The translations under genes and the position numbers were made by a program. 64,000 bases of DNA from an uncultured Verrucomicrobiae bacterium (GTDB lineage Bacteria; Verrucomicrobiota; Verrucomicrobiia; Chthoniobacterales; JAFAMB01), in the NCBI GenBank assembly GCA_963762565.1, contig CAVXLD010000003.1, positions 576,001 through 640,000 of the forward strand. Direction: 5' to 3'. Position 1 is the stretch's first letter. Every line of letters starts with the position of its first letter. Below the pieces are notes generated by a model. It saw only the letters and a program-made list of their open reading frames with translations, was not told the origin of the DNA and searched no databases. Below, in pieces: positions 57,348 to 64,000 of this stretch.

Positions 57348-58388
57348 ATGCAAACGATGAAAGCGCTCGTAAAGAAAGAGCGCGCACCCGGTCTTTGGCT
57401 GGACGAGGTCCCGGTCCCTCAGGTTGGCGAATTCGATGTTCTTATCCGAGTTCTCCGTGCATCTATCTGCGGCACCGACGTTCACATTTTTGAATGGGAT
57501 AACTGGGCTCAAAAGACGATTCCTACTCCGATGGTGATCGGGCACGAATTTGTCGGAGTAATTCAAAACGTAGGCAGCCACGTGCATGATTTCCACCCGG
57601 GAATGATCGTCACGGGTGAAGGCCATGTCGTTTGCGGTCGCTGCCGAAATTGTTTAGCTGGTCGCAGGCACCTATGCAATAACACCAGCGGCATCGGCGT
57701 TAACCGGCCGGGTGCGTTTGCCGAACTCGTGGTGGTACCGCAGACTAACGTCTGGGCAGCCGATCCGAATATCCCGCTTGAGGTGCTGTCCTGTTTTGAC
57801 CCATTGGGGAACGCGGTTCATACCGCTTTGTCGTTTGATGTCTTGGGTGAGGATGTGTTGATCACGGGAGCCGGTCCGATCGGTTTGATGGCGATCGCGA
57901 TCGCCAAACATGCGGGGGCGCGTCATGTTGTGATCACGGATATCAACCCTTATCGGCTTAAGCTGGCCGAACAGCTTGGGGTCACGGTGGCATGCGATCC
58001 GCGAGCGACCACCCTCCAACAGGTAATGAAGAGCCTGGGTATGAAGGAGGGATTCGACGTCGGTTTGGAGATGTCCGGCAATGGAGCGGCTTTAAATGAC
58101 ATGCTCGAGGTTATGTGTCACGGCGGCAAGCTCGCCCTCCTAGGCATCCAATCCAAAGAGACCGCAATTGATTGGGATATCGTGGTTTTTAACGGGCTAA
58201 CCATCAAAGGCATCTATGGTCGGGAAATGTATGAGACCTGGTACAAAATGACCTCACTGATTCAGTCGGGTCTTGATATTACGCCAGTCATCACTCACCG
58301 GTTTCCGTACCTGGAATTTCAAGACGCGTTTGCCTTAATGAAGTCGGGCCAATCCGGGAAAGTGGTATTGCACTGGTCGGATCTGTAG
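57348..58388 (+). CDS. tdh: L-threonine 3-dehydrogenase
   Basis: [30 protein letters not shown] and [12 protein letters not shown] motifs. Confidence 0.96.
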   Translation: MQTMKALVKKERAPGLWLDEVPVPQVGEFDVLIRVLRASICGTDVHIFEWDNWAQKTIPTPMVIGHEFVGVIQNVGSHVHDFHPGMIVTGEGHVVCGRCRNCLAGRRHLCNNTSGIGVNRPGAFAELVVVPQTNVWAADPNIPLEVLSCFDPLGNAVHTALSFDVLGEDVLITGAGPIGLMAIAIAKHAGARHVVITDINPYRLKLAEQLGVTVACDPRATTLQQVMKSLGMKEGFDVGLEMSGNGAALNDMLEVMCHGGKLALLGIQSKETAIDWDIVVFNGLTIKGIYGREMYETWYKMTSLIQSGLDITPVITHRFPYLEFQDAFALMKSGQSGKVVLHWSDL

Positions 58389-58398
58389 GGCTTTTTCC

Positions 58399-58797
58399 GT
58401 CGTCGTCCTTGTCCTCGAAAAGGTTGCCAGGCCGGTAGGGTGTTTGTTCCCAGCGCCTGGAGGGGAGCCGCTTTGGCGCGTATCCGGCCAGCCTCGCGAT
58501 ATTTTCCTTAGCGTTAGCCCGATCTGAACGTGTGAAAAACAGGCGGCTCCCGGGAACGATCCAACGGTTTGCAGCGTAATCAGCCAGGTCGATACGAATG
58601 GGGGGGCCAACAGGGGTAAATGCACCATGCTGGGTTATTCCCGGGAGCCGCCTGTTGAATACATTCTTTGGTGAGATTGCGCGCTAAAGCAAATATCGCG
58701 AGGTCGTGAGATGACGCCCCAAAGCGGCTCCCCTCCAGGCGGTGGGAAAAAGCACGCCATCATCCTAGCAACCTTTTCGAGAACGAGAACGAAGCGT
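58399..58797. repeat. Family E element (58449-58746, reverse orientation) inside inverted TCGAAAAGGTTGC arms
   Basis: ctcgaaaaggttgccagg ... cctagcaaccttttcgag enclosing the E boxes. Confidence 0.85.
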
Positions 58798-58848
58798 CGG
58801 CAACCAGCCGACTGTACTCCCTCCATCATTTGCGATAGATTCCGGGCA

Positions 58849-59352
58849 ATGCGGCTGTTAGCTCTTGATCCGGCATTGAGAAGCTCCGGGTTCGCGATCC
58901 TCGAAAAGCAGGAGCAAAAAATCCGTTCTTTGGCGTATGGGGTTATCCAGATCAGGGCGGATGTGCCGATGGCGCAATGCCTGGTGGAGATTCACCGGCA
59001 GGTCTCGGAATTAATTGATCGACATCAACCGGAGGTCTGCGCGGTGGAAAGCGTGATCTTCGTTCAAAATTCCAGGACCGCGGTTACTCTGGGCGCCGCT
59101 CGAGGTTCCGCATTATTAGCTGCAGCCCAGCGCGGCCTGAATATTTTTGAATATCCCCCGAAACGGGTTAAACAAGCAATCGTGGGAACAGGGGCTGCAC
59201 AAAAGAGCCAAGTGGGCTTCATGGTGCGAGCATTACTCGGTTTGACCGAAAACCCTCAATCAGACGCAGCCGACGCCCTGGCCATCGGGTTGACCCATTT
59301 GCAGATGCAGGATTCGCCGCTGTGTTCGTTACAAGGTGCGCGAAGATTATGA
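58849..59352 (+). CDS. ruvC: Holliday junction resolvase
   Basis: LALDP, AVE, LGAARG, VKQAIVGTG.A.K.QV and DAADALAI motifs; start ATG 58849. Confidence 0.94.
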   Translation: MRLLALDPALRSSGFAILEKQEQKIRSLAYGVIQIRADVPMAQCLVEIHRQVSELIDRHQPEVCAVESVIFVQNSRTAVTLGAARGSALLAAAQRGLNIFEYPPKRVKQAIVGTGAAQKSQVGFMVRALLGLTENPQSDAADALAIGLTHLQMQDSPLCSLQGARRL

Positions 59353-59999
59353 AAGTAGTTTGGTTAGGGCGTATCGAGTTTTCTGAAGGAGTAAAGGTGC
59401 AGGAAGAGGCCCTTGAACACTGCGATCGGACCGGCGAAGAAACACTCTTTTTACTCGAACACGAGCCGGTCTACACGATTGGCCGGCGGCTAGACAAGTC
59501 GAGTCTGGGGAATAGCGCCTATCTGCCACACCCGGTTTTCGAGATTAACCGCGGTGGGCAGGCGACCTATCATGGACCGGGTCAGCTTGTTGGGTACCCA
59601 ATTCTCGATCTCAAGAGGCGCGGGAAAGATCTGCATGTCTATTTGCGTTCCCTCGAAACCGCCGTAATTCGGTTAGTGGAAAGCTTTGGGATCGATGCGG
59701 TTTTCTGTGAAGGAAAGACAGGTGTTTGGGTCGAGAATCGCAAAATCGCCTCTATTGGGATCGGTGTTCGTCGCTGGATCACCATGCATGGCTTCGCCTT
59801 GAATGTGTCGTCCGATCTGAACGGATTCCTATCGATCACCCCGTGCGGCTTAACCGGCGTCCGCATGACGTCGCTGAGCTTGGAGCTTGGGCGAGAGGCC
59901 TCGTTAGAGGAGGTGCGGGATCGGGCTGCCGTGGTTCTGCCGGCCGAGTTTGAGGAAACGGCGGTGGGGGCGGGGAAAGGTGATGTGAGTGATTGGTGA
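59349..59999 (+). CDS. lipB: Lipoyl(octanoyl) transferase
   Basis: EHEPVYTIG, RGGQATYHGPGQLVGYP, KIASIG, HGFALN and ITPCG motifs. Confidence 0.95.
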   Translation: MKVVWLGRIEFSEGVKVQEEALEHCDRTGEETLFLLEHEPVYTIGRRLDKSSLGNSAYLPHPVFEINRGGQATYHGPGQLVGYPILDLKRRGKDLHVYLRSLETAVIRLVESFGIDAVFCEGKTGVWVENRKIASIGIGVRRWITMHGFALNVSSDLNGFLSITPCGLTGVRMTSLSLELGREASLEEVRDRAAVVLPAEFEETAVGAGKGDVSDW

Positions 60000-60247
60000 T
60001 TGGTAGGCTGTCGCCTCTTATCGTGGAGCGAGGCTCGCGAAAGGTTCAACGTAACCCAACGCTCGGAGGGGAGCCGCTTTGGCGTTTAGCAGGCGACCTC
60101 GCGATATTTGGTTCAGAGCTCTTCTGGCCAATGAATGTCGCAACAGGCGGCTCCCCTCCGGGCGTCGGGGTACCAGATCATTCCGAAGCCTGACCCCAAC
60201 AATAGGGCCGCGGCCCTACCAATCACCAATTACTAATCACCAATCAC
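59989..60247. repeat. Second heptamer > D > E composite with internally deleted E
   Basis: About 60030-60155 is nearly identical to about 54725-54850; E jumps from the inner GCGGCTCCC box to the terminal one. Confidence 0.88.
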
Positions 60248-60255
60248 GATTCCCG

Positions 60256-61512
60256 CTATGCCTGCCTCAGCTGCCGAATATTCCCGAGCCAGGTGGTACC
60301 CACCGAAAGGAGGATCACGGCGCAGAATGCAGTGGCAGCGAGCGTGTCTTGGACGTCGAAGTCGGATTCGAGGCAGAACAGGCCAAGCAGGCCAAGCAGA
60401 TAGACCAGGCTACCGCAGATCATGAACAGGATGCGCCCAAATCGGGACGGGTTAGTGAAGACGAGAGACATCGGGAAAGCGCTACCGAGCAACGTGACTC
60501 CTAAGAGAAGAGCGACATCATGATGGCACAACCCGACGGCAAACATGGGTAGGCCCAAAAGGACGCCACCTCCAACGACGCACGCCTCCCATTTCTCGGA
60601 TGGTCTTAGAGCTCGCCTGGCAAAATTGTCGAACAGGAGAAACAGGTTGCCGACGCTCCGAGCGACCCATATCCAAAGGCCGAACAGTACATACAACAAG
60701 ATCAACCCCCAGCCGATCGGCGCGTAAACACCCATGAACAAGCCGGCGACCAATCTCGAAAGCAACAACAGCCCTAGTATGAACGGCCAGCGCAAATAGC
60801 GCCGTAGGCGTTCAAGGTTCAAGGTGTAATAGAGATAGATCCGATATAGCGGAGAACGCGCACGAAACGCAGTTAGCAGCCCGTCTCGGGCGTACTCCGC
60901 TTCAGGGTTCAATCTGAGCGCCTCGAAAAAGTGTTTTTCCGCGTCACGAGCTTTACCGCGTTGGAGCGCAGACCATCCTGCTGCAACATGGGTGCGTTCG
61001 TTCTCGGGGTTCCGAGCTAGGAGTGCTCTTATCTGTTGCTCGTTTTCAATGCGCTTCCCTTGTAAACGGAGCGCATGAGAAAGCTGATTACCGGCTGGCT
61101 CATACTCGGGATCGATCGACAAAGCCTGGCGAGCTGAAGATTCAGCTTCAGCGGTTCTTCCTAGGGCCAGCAGCGCGGCGCCTTCCGCAGCGTAGGGTTG
61201 AGGAATTCCGGGATCGAGCCGGCGGGCCTCCCGAGCAGCGCTCAGTGCCTCCTTTGGCCGGTGCAGCAAAATCAGTATCGAAGAGCGTTGGCAATGAATT
61301 AGAGGATCGTTTGGGCGCAGGCGCATCGCTTCGTCGACGGCTCGTTCGGCTTCTCGATAGGTCTCGGGCCGTTTCGTCAGGCAGCAGGCCAGTAGGAAAA
61401 ACGCGCGGGCATTCTGGGGGTCATGTTCGATGGCGTCTCGTAGAAATGGCTCCGCCTCGGACATCCTTCCTTGCTCAATCAGCACCATTGCACGTTGGAG
61501 GGCCGTATTCAT
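60256..61512 (-). CDS. TPR-repeat protein with C-terminal multi-pass membrane domain
   Basis: About six 34-aa TPRs followed by several hydrophobic helices. Confidence 0.85.
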   Translation of the reverse strand: MNTALQRAMVLIEQGRMSEAEPFLRDAIEHDPQNARAFFLLACCLTKRPETYREAERAVDEAMRLRPNDPLIHCQRSSILILLHRPKEALSAAREARRLDPGIPQPYAAEGAALLALGRTAEAESSARQALSIDPEYEPAGNQLSHALRLQGKRIENEQQIRALLARNPENERTHVAAGWSALQRGKARDAEKHFFEALRLNPEAEYARDGLLTAFRARSPLYRIYLYYTLNLERLRRYLRWPFILGLLLLSRLVAGLFMGVYAPIGWGLILLYVLFGLWIWVARSVGNLFLLFDNFARRALRPSEKWEACVVGGGVLLGLPMFAVGLCHHDVALLLGVTLLGSAFPMSLVFTNPSRFGRILFMICGSLVYLLGLLGLFCLESDFDVQDTLAATAFCAVILLSVGTTWLGNIRQLRQA

Positions 61513-61561
61513 TTTGCTGAGTTAAAAAAAAAGACGTTAGACGCTCTTGATCGGATTCAGC

Positions 61562-62926
61562 TTATTTTCGCAAATTCAAAAACGAAAGTACATCGTCGTA
61601 GAAACCGCTCTGGTTGGCATAGAGAGCGTAGTTCTTGGCGCTCTCAAACCACGCCTTTGCCGAAGGGCGCAGGTTCCGTGCAGTTTGCAAAAGATCTTCT
61701 GTGGTTAACGGCACCACCCGGCCTTCGCGCATCGCGCGAGCCAAGGCTTGTTCGGTGGTGATATCGAACATCGCCTTGATGTCGGCGCCCGAAAACCCTT
61801 TGGTCTTTCGTGCTAACGTCGCCACGTCCAACCGCTCGACGGGCTTTTCCTTGGCCATTAGCTCGATGATCGCAATACGAGCATCTTCGTCGGGCGGCGG
61901 AATAAAAATGATCCGATCAAACCGGCCGGGCCGCCGAAAAGCGGCGTCGAGATGCCAAGGAGCGTTGGTGGCGCCCAGGATCAGAATGCCTTCGTTGTTA
62001 GCAACATTACCATCCATCTCGGCGAGAAACTGGTTGATCAGGGTTCGCATACCGCTTTCCCTTAAGTCTTTTCGATCTGCCGCCAGTGCATCGACTTCAT
62101 CGAAGAACAGGATCGTCGGCGCATGATCACGTGCGAGCTGGAAGAGCTGATGCAAATTTTTCTCACTATTGCCGATGTAGAGATCGAGTATCTGATGGAG
62201 CGCTACCGAGATGAAATTGGATCTGATCTCGCCGGCCGTCGCCTGGCTGATCAGGGTCTTGCCGCAGCCTGGTGGCCCGTAAAGCAGCACGCCACCTCCT
62301 AATTTCTTTCCATAGGCGCGGAACAAGTCGCGGTTCTGGATCGGATAAATGATCTTCATCCGGATCTCTTCTTTGACTTCTTCCATTCCGCCGACGTCCG
62401 CAAAGGAGATCGCGGGCCGGCTTACTTCGTCCATGAAACGCTCTGCCGAGGACTCGTCACCGTAGTCATCCTCGTCAGCCGACCAAAGCTCTTTCTCGAC
62501 ACTGGCTCCGGATGGCGCTGGGGCGGTGCGGCCAGAGAGGCCGAGCAATTTTTCCAGAGCATTATCTCTAAGGGCGGGCCGTAGCTGAATCGCGTTTTCG
62601 TAATGGCCAGACGCGGATGGCCGGTCGCCGTCGGCAATCTCTAGCCGGCTAAGTAATAACCATCCTTCTGCCAGCTTAGGGTCTGCCTGGACTAGTGCCT
62701 CGGTCCGGACGATCGCCTCCGAGATATGGCCGGTCAGTTGCAACAACTGAGCGATCCCCAGCTTTGCTTCTACGCGCTCGGGCTCATGAGTAAGCACCTG
62801 CTCGTACGCCCGTCGAGCCTCATCGAAGCTAAGCTCGTCGAGACAGGCCTGGGCGTACAGGATCAGCAACGGAACGTTGGCCGGCGATACCGCCAACGCT
62901 TCTCGAAGTGATTTGAGCTTTGACAT
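61562..62926 (-). CDS. Classical-clade AAA ATPase with N-terminal TPRs
   Basis: FADVGG, YGPPGCGKT, FFDEVD and ATNAPW.LD.AFRRPGRFD motifs. Confidence 0.92.
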   Translation of the reverse strand: MSKLKSLREALAVSPANVPLLILYAQACLDELSFDEARRAYEQVLTHEPERVEAKLGIAQLLQLTGHISEAIVRTEALVQADPKLAEGWLLLSRLEIADGDRPSASGHYENAIQLRPALRDNALEKLLGLSGRTAPAPSGASVEKELWSADEDDYGDESSAERFMDEVSRPAISFADVGGMEEVKEEIRMKIIYPIQNRDLFRAYGKKLGGGVLLYGPPGCGKTLISQATAGEIRSNFISVALHQILDLYIGNSEKNLHQLFQLARDHAPTILFFDEVDALAADRKDLRESGMRTLINQFLAEMDGNVANNEGILILGATNAPWHLDAAFRRPGRFDRIIFIPPPDEDARIAIIELMAKEKPVERLDVATLARKTKGFSGADIKAMFDITTEQALARAMREGRVVPLTTEDLLQTARNLRPSAKAWFESAKNYALYANQSGFYDDVLSFLNLRK

Positions 62927-63088
62927 AACGTTTACGTCTTCAATACCAAAAAAGGAGCAATCAAGCAGCTTTCTTTTCGTCTAAATGTATACGCGAATAT
63001 ACCGCAAAGTTGCGGAAATACTCACTAGTGCTTGGACAAAAGTACGGCCCAAACGATCAATTTCAGGACGATCGGACTGAAATTACGC

Positions 63089-63176
63089 GTGAGAGGTGAG
63101 AAGAGAGGGGGAGAGGTGAGGGGAGAAGGGTGAAAAGTGATTAGTGATTAGTGATTGGTGAGAGGTGATTGGTGAT
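63089..63176. repeat. Heptamer arrays (GTGAGAG, GTGATTR)
   Basis: gtgagaggtgagaag ... gtgattagtgattagtgattggtgagaggtgattggtgatt. Confidence 0.8.
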
Positions 63177-63194
63177 TCGTGGCGGCTGCTCCAT

Positions 63195-63436
63195 CGCCGG
63201 TAGAGCGAAAATCTCGGCGCGCCCAGGTTAATGATGTCTCCAAGGGTTAATCCGCGCCGGATTTGAGCCGCGCCGTGCGGCCGGCATCCCCCGGGAAAAT
63301 TGTCGCGAACCCAAACGATTTTATCCTGAGACACCGTGGGCGGAGCCTTCCGCACGGCGCGGCTCAAACCCGACGCGAGTTCCCGCAGTAGCGCAGCTTG
63401 CATCCTGGGCGCGTCGAGGTTTTCGCCCTACCGGCG
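63195..63436. repeat. Family B element
   Basis: Outer arms plus inner CGCGCCGGATTTGAGCCGCGCCGTGC boxes. Confidence 0.88.
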
Positions 63437-63441
63437 CTCGC

Positions 63442-64000
63442 CTATGTCTTCAAGAAGTTGAACAGCAACTGCTTACCAACGGAGGTCATGATCGACTCGG
63501 GGTGAAATTGAACACCCTGAATCGGGTAGCGCCGGTGGCGCAGGCCCATGATCTCCCGCTGAGTGGTTTCAGCGGTGACCTCTAACTCTGGTGGGAGGCT
63601 TTCCCTTCGCACGATTAGGGAGTGATACCGAGTCGCTTCAAATGGGTTCGGTAGGGTCCGAAAAACGCCGTCCCCTTCGTGTACGATCGGGGATGTCTTC
63701 CCGTGCATGAGACGGTCTGCCCGGACGACTTCACCTCCAAAAACGTGTCCGATGCATTGGTGCCCCAAGCAAACGCCGAGAATCGGAGTGGTAGGTCCAA
63801 ACTTCAGAATCAGATCGTTGCTGATCCCGGCATCGAGAGGCGTTCCCGGTCCGGGCGAGATGCAAATCCGGTCGGGATGCATCTGGGCAACCTCATCCAG
63901 GGTTACCCGGTCATTTCGTTTAACCACCAGATCCGCTCCGAGCTCCCCAAAATATTGGACCAGGTTGTAGGTAAATGAATCGTAATTGTCGATGATGAGC
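63442..64000 (-). CDS. Anthranilate/aminodeoxychorismate synthase component II (TrpG/PabA); start just beyond the window
   Basis: Frame open to the edge: [28 protein letters not shown] and QFHPES motifs. Confidence 0.94.
   Translation of the reverse strand, partial: LIIDNYDSFTYNLVQYFGELGADLVVKRNDRVTLDEVAQMHPDRICISPGPGTPLDAGISNDLILKFGPTTPILGVCLGHQCIGHVFGGEVVRADRLMHGKTSPIVHEGDGVFRTLPNPFEATRYHSLIVRRESLPPELEVTAETTQREIMGLRHRRYPIQGVQFHPESIMTSVGKQLLFNFLKT

Noticed and set aside
2280..63436. Repeat-spacer patterns as a CRISPR array
   Set aside because: Repeats are inverted and dispersed rather than direct tandem units; no cas genes or leader

Overview
A gene-dense bacterial chromosomal segment, most likely from a Verrucomicrobia (Spartobacteria/Chthoniobacterales-like) genome. 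That assignment is inferred from a TGTTC-N4-GAACA LexA box and the gene content. Most genes are housekeeping or metabolic: dapL, sodA, mpg, asd, fabG, glgP, pyrRBC, mrp, gabD, tdh, ruvC, lipB and trpG/pabA. The window also holds peptidases, an imuA-imuB-dnaE2 SOS mutagenesis cassette, a TIR-TM-TPR receptor-like gene, a Deg protease/pseudoprotease pair, a ketosynthase-cyclase operon and three pseudogene remnants. The most striking unexplained signal is non-coding. Many intergenic gaps hold one of at least seven palindromic REP/REPIN-like families or inverted 7-mer/9-mer microsatellite hairpins. These are often nested inside each other, one is inserted precisely with no target duplication, and several are recruited into coding sequence (a signal peptide, C-termini, stop codons). 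No transposase, rRNA, tRNA or CRISPR array was seen. Found outside the ORF track: a PyrR-binding RNA element overlapping the pyrR ribosome-binding site, a 41-aa lipoprotein and a truncated peroxiredoxin at the left edge. All calls come from manual motif recognition, with no database searches.
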